58,642 bases of DNA from an uncultured virus (IMG/VR IMGVR_UViG_3300008003_000324) (lineage: Duplodnaviria > Heunggongvirae > Uroviricota > Caudoviricetes): IMG/VR virus record IMGVR_UViG_3300008003_000324. One strand, given 5' to 3'. The notes beneath the pieces were generated by a model. The model saw only the letters and a list, made by a program, of their open reading frames with translations. It was not told where the DNA came from and searched no databases. The position numbers and the translations under genes are program-made. Below are positions 8,319 to 17,868 of this stretch, piece after piece (position 1 is the first letter of the stretch; every line of letters starts with the position of its first letter).

Positions 8319-11300
8319 TTGGATAAGCAAGCGGCAAACCAACTAATACTCGCCATAAACGAGTTAAATCGCAGATTGGGTATGATGGGTGCAAATCAAC
8401 GCCCCGGCTGGATGCGCGATGGTGATTCTAACGCCAGATACGGTGGGACGGATTCCAGCGGAGAGAAACTGCTGGATAAGATGCGTGAACAGCGCAAGGT
8501 TTTCGACGATACCACTAAAGTACAAACTAGATTTATGCGAACCATGGCAGAGGGTGTTCCAATTATTGGAAACATCGTGAAGGTTATCGGCAAACAGACC
8601 GAGGATTTGAAAATGTCAATGCGCGGTCAATCTGATGCTTATAAAAATGCCGCTCTCGCGACCGAAGAATACGCATACAGGGTGGGGCAGAATAGTGACG
8701 ATCTTTATACTATTCATCAAACCCTATCCAATGTTCAAAAGAAAGCGTCAGATCTTGCAAAGATTGTCCAAAATAGAGCAAGTATAGAAAAAAGAATCTC
8801 CGAAAACGCAAAAACAGCAAAAATAGGCGCACAGAAAGTCAAATTGGAAAAAGATCTTTCGAATATTTCAGAGGTGTTGAAAGAAGCCCAGAAGAAACTT
8901 AGGTTGGAAAAAAACGCTCCGGTGGAGGGTAACATCAAAGAAATCATTAAAGATCTAAAGGAACTGAAGAAAGTTCCTGATCTGTTTTCTGATATTAAAG
9001 ATGAGTTGGCCAAGAAAGACGTTCAAGAAGCGATAAGAAAAGATCAATCACTAGCAGCCATCATGAAACCTATTGTGGATGGGTTGGGTAAAGATGTAGG
9101 AGAGGCTTCTGATAACATCAAAGAATACTCCAAATCTATTAATGAAACCGTGAAAGGAAGTTTCAATACGTTAGCTGGAATAATGCAAAAAAGTTTGGAT
9201 GATGTTGTACAATCCAGAAATGATTTGAACAATACTCTTTCTAATTTGGGAGCCTCTATTGCTGCATCCGTGGGGGTGGCGGCTAAACAAGAAGCCGTAA
9301 TGTTTATGGAGCGCCAGAGGCTGACTGGATCAACCACAAGTACAGCCATGCGAGGGGAAGCCATTACGATGGGGGTTTCTGAAACAGAACTACTGACTTC
9401 ACTCGCAGAGAATAGATTTCAGATGAGAAGACTAGGACAGGCTGAAGGATTCGGTGGGGCCGCGGAATTTATGGAGTCTTCGGCGTTCGAACAGATGAGA
9501 CAAACCGCATACGAAATGGGATACACCGGAAAAGCAGCGTTGGATGCTATCATGCAAACTACTGATGTACTTAGAAGAGTCGGTGCAGATTCTAGTGTAC
9601 AAGCGGTTTCTTCTACAATAAAATTCATCAAAGAAACACATAAAGAGTTGGGCGTGTCACAAGAAGAAATGGCCGGTTTCTTTAGTGATATGATGAAAGA
9701 TACAGAAGGTTTGAGATTATTGGCCGGGGCCCGTGACGGTGGGGGATTTGCTTCTATCGAGGCAATGAATGAAGAAATTGAAATGAGAGGAAAACTGGCA
9801 CGGGTATTAAATCAAGATTTGGAGATTCAAAAGAAAAGATTGAATGAGCAGAAATCATTGGCGTTCGGTGATCCAGCAGAAGCACTCAGACGGTCTATAG
9901 GGGGTAGTATTCTAGCTAGACAGGTGGGCATGCCGTCGGAGGATGCAAACTTGCTTCGTCGCTACATGACATCCGGGGGTCAGGATATGAACGAACCAGA
10001 CCTATTGAGGGCTAAAATAGCCAGAGAGAATATCGAGATACTTACTGGTAAAGCTCTTTCAGAGGCTGCAACAAAGGGAGAGGCGGGGTTTGGTGAGAGA
10101 GCACTTCTTACTGCATTCATGGGCCAACTCGGACTTGATGTTGATAGTGCGCTTGGTGCATACACCAGATCGGGTGGTGGAAAACTTATTACTAATGAGG
10201 AACAACTTCTTGCGGCAGAAGCGGCTAGAACCCAAGAACCCGTTGAACCCGTGGGTCCGGCCATGAAGACCGCCATTGGGGCAATAGAGACTGCCCAAGG
10301 TGTTTTAAAATCTAGTATCGGACAGGCCGCTGCGGTAATTACTGGTTCTATAGTTACGACATCTGGGGGGATAATAGCATCAATCTTTGCAACCAGAATG
10401 GGGCTAGGACTTTCACCTCTAGGTCGCGCGGGTGGAGCGATTTCTAGGGCAGGTGGCGCAGTCGTGGGTGCTGCTAAGAGGATTGGGGTGCGTGGCGCAA
10501 TACGGGGTCTAGGTCGAGCATCGGTTCCGGTTTCTGTGGGGTTTTTGGCACATGATGTATACAAAGGCGTAAATGCCGGAATGTCTATCAGATCGTCTCG
10601 ACAGGCAGAAACCCGAGCCAGACGGGGGTCAATAGGTTCTCTGGATAGAATGATTTCAACTATGCAAGAACGGGGACTTACTCACCACCCCAACGGAAGA
10701 AGCCTCGAAGAAATGATCGCCATGCGCAACCAACTGGCAGGAAGCAAAGGACCAGACACTGCTTCTGCGAATAGTATACCTAGCTTGATTGGCGTGTCCA
10801 ATGATCCTACAATCCAACGAATTTTAAACGAAACTGGTCCGGGGAAGAGTTCAACACGACCCCCATCCAGTAGTCTACTTAGTGGAGAACACCAGATTCA
10901 ACTTTCTTCGGCATTTAGAGGCGGGGAAGCCATAACATTGGCAGAAATGATGTCATCTTCTCGTAGACCGACAGACCCAAATTCAACATGGGGGGCTGAC
11001 ATTGGCTTGGACGACAGACAGGGTATGAGAAAGTTGGCAGAGGATGGAATTATCAATTTTTCACAAAGCTCTGATTTTTCTAATACAACAGATATTGCGG
11101 GTTTGCGGGAAATGAAAGAATATCTTGAAGAAGACGGAAGCTTGGAACGTACCGGAGAACGAGAAGCAGTAGAGATGATACGAGAAAAACTAGATCAATT
11201 GATTGGTGTAAACGAGGAGGGCAACCAAATAACCCTATCGACAGCGGATAAAGAATTCCGTGCAAGAAGAGAAATGAGCGAGGAGGACCAACGGAAAGCC

Positions 11301-11375
11301 GTAGACGAAGGTATTAATAGTGTAGTATCTACACAACTAGAAAACGCTCGCCGAAGAGCAGCTTCATATTCGTAA
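8319..11375 (+). CDS. large helical virion protein, possibly tape-measure-like
   Basis: 1018 aa, coiled-coil then Ala/Gly-rich with hydrophobic stretches; late promoter; next to portal. Function inferred only. Confidence 0.45.
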   Translation: MDKQAANQLILAINELNRRLGMMGANQRPGWMRDGDSNARYGGTDSSGEKLLDKMREQRKVFDDTTKVQTRFMRTMAEGVPIIGNIVKVIGKQTEDLKMSMRGQSDAYKNAALATEEYAYRVGQNSDDLYTIHQTLSNVQKKASDLAKIVQNRASIEKRISENAKTAKIGAQKVKLEKDLSNISEVLKEAQKKLRLEKNAPVEGNIKEIIKDLKELKKVPDLFSDIKDELAKKDVQEAIRKDQSLAAIMKPIVDGLGKDVGEASDNIKEYSKSINETVKGSFNTLAGIMQKSLDDVVQSRNDLNNTLSNLGASIAASVGVAAKQEAVMFMERQRLTGSTTSTAMRGEAITMGVSETELLTSLAENRFQMRRLGQAEGFGGAAEFMESSAFEQMRQTAYEMGYTGKAALDAIMQTTDVLRRVGADSSVQAVSSTIKFIKETHKELGVSQEEMAGFFSDMMKDTEGLRLLAGARDGGGFASIEAMNEEIEMRGKLARVLNQDLEIQKKRLNEQKSLAFGDPAEALRRSIGGSILARQVGMPSEDANLLRRYMTSGGQDMNEPDLLRAKIARENIEILTGKALSEAATKGEAGFGERALLTAFMGQLGLDVDSALGAYTRSGGGKLITNEEQLLAAEAARTQEPVEPVGPAMKTAIGAIETAQGVLKSSIGQAAAVITGSIVTTSGGIIASIFATRMGLGLSPLGRAGGAISRAGGAVVGAAKRIGVRGAIRGLGRASVPVSVGFLAHDVYKGVNAGMSIRSSRQAETRARRGSIGSLDRMISTMQERGLTHHPNGRSLEEMIAMRNQLAGSKGPDTASANSIPSLIGVSNDPTIQRILNETGPGKSSTRPPSSSLLSGEHQIQLSSAFRGGEAITLAEMMSSSRRPTDPNSTWGADIGLDDRQGMRKLAEDGIINFSQSSDFSNTTDIAGLREMKEYLEEDGSLERTGEREAVEMIREKLDQLIGVNEEGNQITLSTADKEFRARREMSEEDQRKAVDEGINSVVSTQLENARRRAASYS

Positions 11376-11440
11376 CAGCTTCATTGGTGTTCATATAATT
11401 CATTGTTAAATAAATAGGTTGTATAGAATTTAAAAAACAC

Positions 11441-13171
11441 ATGAAAGCAAGCAAGTTTTACAAGATCGTACGCCCGATGGGTCGGGATTCCGAGGTCATA
11501 GATAACCAATCTGCTTATGGTGGCGGAGGTGGGCTTTTTGGAAAGTCTTCATGGTACAATAGAATCGTAAATGGTTCGGCAAATAGAAAGGGTCGTTACC
11601 GCGAATATGACATCATGGATAGTGACTCAGACGTCGCTTTGGCTTTGGACTACATTGCGGAAGAAATGTGTGGGAATGCCACGAAAGGAAAAGATATTCT
11701 AAAGTTGGAGATGATGACTGAACCCTCCCAGAAGGTATCCAACACTACTATCCTCACATTGAAAGCAGCACTGAAAACATTCACCGCCCTGCATCAATTA
11801 GAGGGTGATCGTCTATTCAACATATGTAGAAACACGATCAAATATGGAGACAGTTTCTATCTCCGTTCTCGAAAAACGAACGGGCGATGGATGTTTATTC
11901 CAGCCAAAAACATCGATGCCGCTATCACTGACAAATATGATCTAACGCATGTTAAGGCGTGGATGGTTAGAAGCGATTACAACAATGAGGTCAACGACAA
12001 CACGGGAGTGTTCAACTATTCTAGCGTATACGCGGGACAAGATACAAACCAAGCACAGCCCTATCGGGCCTCTGATGTCGTTAGGTTTTCTTTGTTCGAC
12101 GAGACCAGCGAAGAAATGCCTTTCGGTCTTTCTATACTTCGTTCGATATACAAAGTGTTTAAACAAAAAGAACTGTTGGAAGACGCTATAGTTATCTACA
12201 GAATCCAACGAGCGCCGGAGCGCAGAGCATTCTACATCGATGTTGGTAGAGCACATCCACATGAAGTAAAAACCATTCTAGAAAAGGTCAAGAACGATTT
12301 TAGACAGAAGAGGATACCGTCGCAGATAGGGGGACAAAACCAAGTTGATGCAATTTATAATCCACAGTCCATGCAAGAAGATTTCTTTTTGGCCGTTAGA
12401 CCGAACGGTGGTGGAACAAAAATTGAAACACTACCGGGGGGACAGAACCTCGGAAACTTAGATGACCTACACATTTTCTTCCGAAAGATCTGGAGAGGAT
12501 TGAAAATACCACAAAGTTACATTAACACCTTAGAGGGTGACGGCGGCACTGGTAATTTCAATGACGGTAAGGTTGGCATTGCTATGATGCAAGAAATTAA
12601 ATTTAGTCTATACATCGAAAGACTACAGAGTTCAATAGAACGAACATTGGACGAAGAGTTCAAAAGATTCGTTTATGAAAACAATTTGAACATCGACCCA
12701 TCTTTGTATTGCATCAAATTACCGGAACCGAGTAATTTTAAGAAGAACAGAGACCAAGAGATTGATGCTGCTCTTATTGGTGTATACACCAGCATTTCTG
12801 GTGACAAGACGATCTCTAACCGCTTCGCGCTTAGAAAATATCTACAACTCACAGATGAAGAAATGGCTCTCAATGAGAGATTGCTTCGTGAAGAAAAAGG
12901 ACTACCTGTTGATGGTGGTCGTGAGGACATCCCAAAGCTTTACAATGAAGAAGGTGCTGAAGCGGGCGGATTCGAGGGTGGCCTCGGTGGAATGGCAGCA
13001 GGTGGCGGTGCTTTTGGCGGTGCGGGAGGTCTTGATGGTCTAGATGACATGGAAGAACCCCCGTCCGGAGGTGGCGGTCTTGAGGGTGAAGGGGTTGGGG
13101 CTGACGAAGAGGTTGGTGGAGAGACTCCCCCAGAACAACAACCACCCACCCAAAAATCTCCCGCGTTTTAA
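11441..13171 (+). CDS. gp20: portal protein (gp20-like)
   Basis: LLEDAIVIYRIQRAPERRAFYIDVG, SMQEDFF, TLPGGQNLG. Confidence 0.96.
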   Translation: MKASKFYKIVRPMGRDSEVIDNQSAYGGGGGLFGKSSWYNRIVNGSANRKGRYREYDIMDSDSDVALALDYIAEEMCGNATKGKDILKLEMMTEPSQKVSNTTILTLKAALKTFTALHQLEGDRLFNICRNTIKYGDSFYLRSRKTNGRWMFIPAKNIDAAITDKYDLTHVKAWMVRSDYNNEVNDNTGVFNYSSVYAGQDTNQAQPYRASDVVRFSLFDETSEEMPFGLSILRSIYKVFKQKELLEDAIVIYRIQRAPERRAFYIDVGRAHPHEVKTILEKVKNDFRQKRIPSQIGGQNQVDAIYNPQSMQEDFFLAVRPNGGGTKIETLPGGQNLGNLDDLHIFFRKIWRGLKIPQSYINTLEGDGGTGNFNDGKVGIAMMQEIKFSLYIERLQSSIERTLDEEFKRFVYENNLNIDPSLYCIKLPEPSNFKKNRDQEIDAALIGVYTSISGDKTISNRFALRKYLQLTDEEMALNERLLREEKGLPVDGGREDIPKLYNEEGAEAGGFEGGLGGMAAGGGAFGGAGGLDGLDDMEEPPSGGGGLEGEGVGADEEVGGETPPEQQPPTQKSPAF

Positions 13172-13239
13172 TAAATTGGGTTTTAAGTTCAATAAATAGT
13201 ATTGAAAATCAATAAGACAATTCGAAATAGGAGTTTTTT

Positions 13240-13950
13240 ATGTCTATTAACAAATTTTACAACAGTTTTGTTCAAAAGCGTTCCACAGGTGAATTGAATG
13301 AAACAGAAGACTTGGACTCGTTGTTTAACGAGTACCTAACAGAAAAGATGGCGGGCCTTTTGGTAGAAGATCATGAAAAGTCTATGACTGCCGAACAAAT
13401 GGCAGCACATATCAAGAAGCTATTTAAAATGTGTGATGATGAAGCAACCGAGAGTAAATTTTTGAAGCGCCTAGGCAAAGCTGCCGATGTGGAAGATTGC
13501 AAGGAAAAGGATATTACCACATGTGCCAAAAAGCTTTGCGACATGGACGATGAAAAGTGTGATGATATGATTCATGAATTAGAAGGCATGGTTGATTACA
13601 CTTATGAGTCCAAAAAGGAAAAGCCAGAAGAATCTGACGAGAAAGAAAAAGACAAAAAAAAAATTGATGAAGGGGTGTCAGTAGGCTCAGTCGTTAAGAC
13701 TATGAACGGAAAGCATATGGTGGTTATTGGTGATATGGGGGAGGGCGACGTAACTGCTGTTCGCCTACATCATGGAAAACCCTTATACAGAACGCAAATC
13801 AACTTGCGTAGTAGCGAATACGTTCCCACCGGGGAAACAGTTCCTGTAATGTCTAAGAAAGACCTGAAGGATCGAGAAAACTCTATTATGGACAAGAGAA
13901 AGGATCATGTGGAATATGGTCACCGTACAGTAGGATCTTTTAACTTCTAA
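13240..13950 (+). CDS. hypothetical prohead-region protein
   Basis: Late promoter AATAAATA at 13191; AGGAG RBS; charged protein. Confidence 0.6.
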   Translation: MSINKFYNSFVQKRSTGELNETEDLDSLFNEYLTEKMAGLLVEDHEKSMTAEQMAAHIKKLFKMCDDEATESKFLKRLGKAADVEDCKEKDITTCAKKLCDMDDEKCDDMIHELEGMVDYTYESKKEKPEESDEKEKDKKKIDEGVSVGSVVKTMNGKHMVVIGDMGEGDVTAVRLHHGKPLYRTQINLRSSEYVPTGETVPVMSKKDLKDRENSIMDKRKDHVEYGHRTVGSFNF

Positions 13951-13952
13951 AA

Positions 13953-14123
13953 ATGAAGATCTCTATCGTTCTAGAAGCATTGGACAGGAACAGGGCCGCT
14001 TGGGGAGATCCCATTCCAAACTTCATGGAAAAGAAGAAAGTAAAAAGCAGAGAAAAGAAGCTTCCAAAATTGGGAGCTTCTGTCTACGGTGTTGATCACG
14101 ACAGCGGAGGTTCAAACGAATGA
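13953..14123 (+). CDS. small hypothetical protein (56 aa, not in the ORF track)
   Basis: MKISIVLEALDRNRAAWG...; fills the gap and has an ATGA overlap with the next gene. Confidence 0.55.
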   Translation: MKISIVLEALDRNRAAWGDPIPNFMEKKKVKSREKKLPKLGASVYGVDHDSGGSNE

Positions 14124-14344
14124 AAAAGAAACTTTCACTCCAAAGAGAAATACTAGAGCGTATCGATTATTTTAATTATCTTGACCCAGATAGTTTGTGT
14201 GCAGATTGTAAAGAAAAAGATCAAAAAAAAGACGACAAGGAAGAGGAAGAAACTTCGGAAGAAGAACTTTCTAGTGTCAAAAAATATTCTAAACCGGCAG
14301 ATGTTAGACGATATCTTCAATATGTTAATGCTAAGAACGATTAA
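14120..14344 (+). CDS. small hypothetical protein
   Basis: 74-aa ORF in the head operon. Confidence 0.55.
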   Translation: MKKKLSLQREILERIDYFNYLDPDSLCADCKEKDQKKDDKEEEETSEEELSSVKKYSKPADVRRYLQYVNAKND

Positions 14345-14383
14345 CTATAAATAATTACTGAATTCAACCAAACAGGTGTTACT

Positions 14384-14995
14384 ATGAGCAACATTCAAAA
14401 TAAAATTGTAGACGCAATATTCGAAAACGACGAGGAATTGACTCGCACTCTAGTACGAGAACTTTCTTACGTTAAGACTCGAAAGATTCTTGGACTTTTG
14501 GAAAGTGGTGAAGTCACTATTCGCGGTAACGACATTTTCGTAGGTGGCAATACGGTCGGTTCTTTTGAAACCAAGGACGATAAGATCGAATTCACGGCCT
14601 CCGGTGATGGTACCGTCAAGACTTTCGAAAACGATGAAGAATTGATGAATTATGTTTCCGGCCTTACTGAAGATATGAAAGAAGTAAAGGCACCAGAAGG
14701 ATACACAAAGCATGATCTTTCGGCAAAACACAAAGACGAGCGCATGGAAAATCCTAAAAAGAAAGATCATGGCCATGATAAGGATCAGAAGGAACCCACT
14801 GGTAGTAGTGCCAAGGGTCCGAAAGAGCATGAACATTCTTTAGATACAAAGGGCCACGGTCATGATAAGGATCAGAAGGAACCCACTGGTAGTAGTGCCA
14901 AGGGTCCGAAAGAACATGAGCACACCCCAAACAGTAAGGCACACTCCCATGACGCTCCGTCTGGGGTTGGAGCCGTAGAGAAGAAAGGCAAGTAA
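14384..14995 (+). CDS. putative prohead core protein with His/Lys-rich repeat
   Basis: TATAAATA at 14346; coupled to the protease by TAATG; lies where T4 has gp67/68. Confidence 0.55.
   Translation: MSNIQNKIVDAIFENDEELTRTLVRELSYVKTRKILGLLESGEVTIRGNDIFVGGNTVGSFETKDDKIEFTASGDGTVKTFENDEELMNYVSGLTEDMKEVKAPEGYTKHDLSAKHKDERMENPKKKDHGHDKDQKEPTGSSAKGPKEHEHSLDTKGHGHDKDQKEPTGSSAKGPKEHEHTPNSKAHSHDAPSGVGAVEKKGK
14774..14913 (+). repeat. 87-nt-period direct repeat with a 53-bp identical core
   Basis: catgataaggatcagaagg...ccgaaaga at 14774 and 14861, encoding HDKDQKEPTGSSAKGPKE twice. Confidence 0.95.
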
Positions 14996-15624
14996 TGATG
15001 GATACTCTAATTGAAAGCGTAGAACCCAGTATAGCAAACATTGTTTGTGAGTCTAACACGACTGGCAAAAACATGTGGCTTAGCGGTGTTTTTATGCAAG
15101 CCGAACATCCTAACAGAAACAAAAGGATCTATCCTATTTCCGAAATGACTAGCGCAGTTAAAAATGCCAATGACATCATTAAAGAAAATGGCGGCATTTT
15201 TGGAGAACTCGACCACCCAGAGAAGCTCACAATAAATATGGATAGAATATCTCACGCAATTAAAGAACTTCAAATCAACGGTAACAACGTCATAGGTAGA
15301 GCAGAGATTTTGCGCACACCAATGGGATTGATCGCTGAAGAACTTGGTAAGTCTGGTGTTCGTTATGGTATTTCTAGCAGAGGGGCCGGGAACGTTGGAC
15401 CAAATGGAGTAGTGTCTGAGTTTGTGTTTGTGACTGCTGATTTGGTTGCCACGCCTTCCGCACAGGGAGCATATCCACGTCCCGTCTATGAAGGTTTGCA
15501 GAATAGCAAGGAAGGAAGAAAGGTTCTTACTTTGGCCGAAAGTTTGAAGCATGATGAAAATGCACAGAAGTATTTCAAAAAGAGCATATTGTCATTTATG
15601 GAGAATGTATTCAATAAGATGTAA
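14995..15624 (+). CDS. gp21: prohead core protease (gp21-like)
   Basis: NRNKRIY, GELDHP, RISH, GISSRGAG, DLVATPS. Confidence 0.95.
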   Translation: MMDTLIESVEPSIANIVCESNTTGKNMWLSGVFMQAEHPNRNKRIYPISEMTSAVKNANDIIKENGGIFGELDHPEKLTINMDRISHAIKELQINGNNVIGRAEILRTPMGLIAEELGKSGVRYGISSRGAGNVGPNGVVSEFVFVTADLVATPSAQGAYPRPVYEGLQNSKEGRKVLTLAESLKHDENAQKYFKKSILSFMENVFNKM

Positions 15625-15694
15625 TTGGATGTTACTATTGAAACATGTATAATTCCTTGTGTAGGCAATACTAAAAAATAAAGCTTACATCTTT

Positions 15695-15722
15695 GACCCC
15701 ACACTAGTGTGGGGTCTTTTTT
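15695..15722 (+). terminator. intrinsic terminator
   Basis: Perfect 22-bp palindrome GACCCCACACTAGTGTGGGGTC followed by T6. Confidence 0.85.
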
Positions 15723-15772
15723 CATCTAAAAATATAGAATCTAAATACCTTTAACATAACAGGGTAACACAA

Positions 15773-16138
15773 ATGAATGAACTACACGGACAGTTGACAA
15801 TGTATGTATCAGGCGAAAATACATATACCAATGGAAATCTTACCAAAGCCACCGGAAAAGTTTCGTGGGGGATTAGGGACGACAGAAAAATAAACAAAAA
15901 CGAATGGATGGTAGAGGATGGTGATTTCCTTGAAGTGTATGATAATAGTGGAAGAATACTATTTTCAAAACACATCATAGAAGATTATGATTCTCATTAC
16001 AATCCTTCTTTGAAAAGACAAGTGTATAGAGGGACCACGGTGGGGTGGCTTCCTCACGGAGTTGACGCTGGATTTTGGTTCAACATGTTCAATAATAGAT
16101 TTAGAGCAAGGTTGGTTAAAAAAGATGATCAGGAATGA
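15773..16138 (+). CDS. hypothetical protein
   Basis: 121-aa ORF. Confidence 0.65.
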   Translation: MNELHGQLTMYVSGENTYTNGNLTKATGKVSWGIRDDRKINKNEWMVEDGDFLEVYDNSGRILFSKHIIEDYDSHYNPSLKRQVYRGTTVGWLPHGVDAGFWFNMFNNRFRARLVKKDDQE

Positions 16139-16256
16139 AGATAATGATGATTTGGTCGAAGGGTTCCTGAAACATTTTGATGGTAAGATGATAGACACCC
16201 CGGCAGACATACAAGAAATCGTCAATGAGGAATTTTGGGATTTGTTAGGAGATTAA
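16125..16256 (+). CDS. small hypothetical protein
   Basis: 43 aa from ATG 16125, overlapping the previous gene. Confidence 0.5.
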   Translation: MIRNEDNDDLVEGFLKHFDGKMIDTPADIQEIVNEEFWDLLGD

Positions 16257-16259
16257 AGC

Positions 16260-16448
16260 ATGCCAATGTTTGATTTTAAATGTAACAAGTGTAATAAAGT
16301 AGTTGAGAAGATCGTATCACACAAAGATGTAGATAAGTTGTTTAATTGTGATTGTGAAGAACAAGGAACTCTTCAACGAGTTGAAAGGATAGGAAAAACC
16401 TCTGTGGCTTTCAAGGGTAGATGGTTTTCAAATACCGGGGGGTATTAG
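16260..16448 (+). CDS. FmdB-family zinc-ribbon protein
   Basis: MPMFDFKCNKC...CDC...FKGRWF, resembling the MPxYEYxCxxC...FKGSGF pattern. Confidence 0.8.
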   Translation: MPMFDFKCNKCNKVVEKIVSHKDVDKLFNCDCEEQGTLQRVERIGKTSVAFKGRWFSNTGGY

Positions 16449-16455
16449 GCTTACA

Positions 16456-16686
16456 TCAATCTAACCACTTTTCAATATTTTCTTTCAAGGCTTCTATTTC
16501 AAATAGAAGCCTTTTTGCTTCTGAGAGATTGATATATTTCATACTCTCAATACTTTCTCTTACGGCCCTTATCCTCACAACCTCTGGTTGTAAATTTCTC
16601 TCCATTTTTTCTAGAGTATTACTGTCCACCGATTTAGTTTTAGGTACTACGTAGCGATCCAGTATGCTTTGGGTGTGTTGGTTCAT
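16456..16686 (-). CDS. hypothetical early protein (76 aa)
   Basis: ATG at 16686 with an AGGA RBS, downstream of a perfect sigma70 promoter. Confidence 0.65.
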   Translation of the reverse strand: MNQHTQSILDRYVVPKTKSVDSNTLEKMERNLQPEVVRIRAVRESIESMKYINLSEAKRLLFEIEALKENIEKWLD

Positions 16687-16710
16687 ATTCAGTCCTAAGT
16701 GTAAGTAAAT

Positions 16711-16739
16711 ATTATAGTTTTTCCCAAATATTTTGTCAA
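16711..16739 (-). promoter_or_regulatory. perfect consensus sigma70 promoter
   Basis: TTGACA-N17-TATAAT on the minus strand. Confidence 0.85.
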
Positions 16740-16786
16740 TACCCAAAGACATTTTTAAAAATTCCAGAAAAATAAAAATCTTTACA

Positions 16787-16799
16787 AATCAATAAGTTA
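16787..16799 (+). promoter_or_regulatory. IHF-consensus site
   Basis: AATCAATAAGTTA matches WATCAANNNNTTR, with upstream A-tracts. Confidence 0.5.
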
Positions 16800-16880
16800 A
16801 GAACTTTACATTAGTATTCTTTTAATTTTTTGGTTTAACAATAAATAATACACGAAAATCCAAACAAATTTCTGGAGTAT

Positions 16881-17831
16881 ATGAAAATGGATGAACTATT
16901 GAAAATGTTGATGGAATCTGAACTTCTAACCGAAGACACTAAACAGGAACTATCCGAACAGATTAAATCTGTGATGGAATCCAAGATTTCTGAACAGGTA
17001 GAACAGAAGGAAAACGAACTTCGTGCTGAGTATGCTCGGAAGTTTGTTACAGAGAAACAAGAACTGGCAGAAGCTATTGACACCAAGATTGAAGAGGCAT
17101 TAGCTGCCGAGTTGGAAGAATTACGTGAAGACGTAGAACGTTTCCGAGATCTTGAGGCTGAATATGCTCACAAGATCGTTGCAGAGAGACAGAAGATTGC
17201 CGAAGCTGTTCAGGAAGACATGAGACAGTTGATGGAAGCTCTAGATGCATATGTTGAACAGCGCTTGACCGCTGAACTGAATGAACACAGAGAATCCATC
17301 GATGAGGTTCTCAAGGAAAATTACGGTCGTCAGATTGTTGAATCAATCGGTGGCGAATTCCGTAAGCGTTTCTTGAACGAAGATGATATTGAAGATCGCA
17401 AGCTTGAGTTGGAAGCAGAACTTAACGAAGCTCGCGAACAGTTGAGCGAAGTTCGTAAGAAGTTGGATGAATCCATCAGAACTCGCAAAATGGAAGAAGT
17501 TTTGGAAAGCTTGAGCGGAACTCCGCGCAGCGTAATGGAAGCAATTTTAGATAACGTTCCGACGGAAAAACTAGAAGAAGCGTATGACCGTTACATTGCT
17601 AAAGTTCTCAACGAGTCTACCAATAAAGTATCGGAGAAGGAAAGCAACAAGCCAGTACTCGCCGAGGGAGAAGAAGCTGAAAACCTACTCGAAGGTTATG
17701 AGATCAAGACCGGTAACACACAACAGTTGGCCGAAGATGTTTCTGGCATCGATGATGGCGACGGTGACGAGGTTAAGGCTCAACTAAACGAATGGCTTAC
17801 TAAGCTTCGCAAAAGCGCAGGTGTGAAGTAA
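16881..17831 (+). CDS. gp22: prohead scaffold/core protein (gp22-like)
   Basis: Glu-rich coiled coil directly before the major capsid gene; late promoter AATAAATA at 16840. Confidence 0.85.
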   Translation: MKMDELLKMLMESELLTEDTKQELSEQIKSVMESKISEQVEQKENELRAEYARKFVTEKQELAEAIDTKIEEALAAELEELREDVERFRDLEAEYAHKIVAERQKIAEAVQEDMRQLMEALDAYVEQRLTAELNEHRESIDEVLKENYGRQIVESIGGEFRKRFLNEDDIEDRKLELEAELNEAREQLSEVRKKLDESIRTRKMEEVLESLSGTPRSVMEAILDNVPTEKLEEAYDRYIAKVLNESTNKVSEKESNKPVLAEGEEAENLLEGYEIKTGNTQQLAEDVSGIDDGDGDEVKAQLNEWLTKLRKSAGVK

Positions 17832-17868
17832 CACCACTAGTCTATAACTAAATTATAAGGAGAAAGTA

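Noticed and set aside
9980..10564. 194-aa minus-strand ORF and the many other short antisense ORFs in the track
   Set aside because: Shadow frames of long plus-strand genes, without RBS or recognisable motifs.
14774..14913. Direct repeats as a mini CRISPR array
   Set aside because: Only two copies, in frame inside a coding sequence, with no cas genes.
16687..16752. N-terminal extension of the 16456..16752 ORF given in the track
   Set aside because: It overlaps a perfect sigma70 promoter; the ATG at 16686 with an RBS is the better start.
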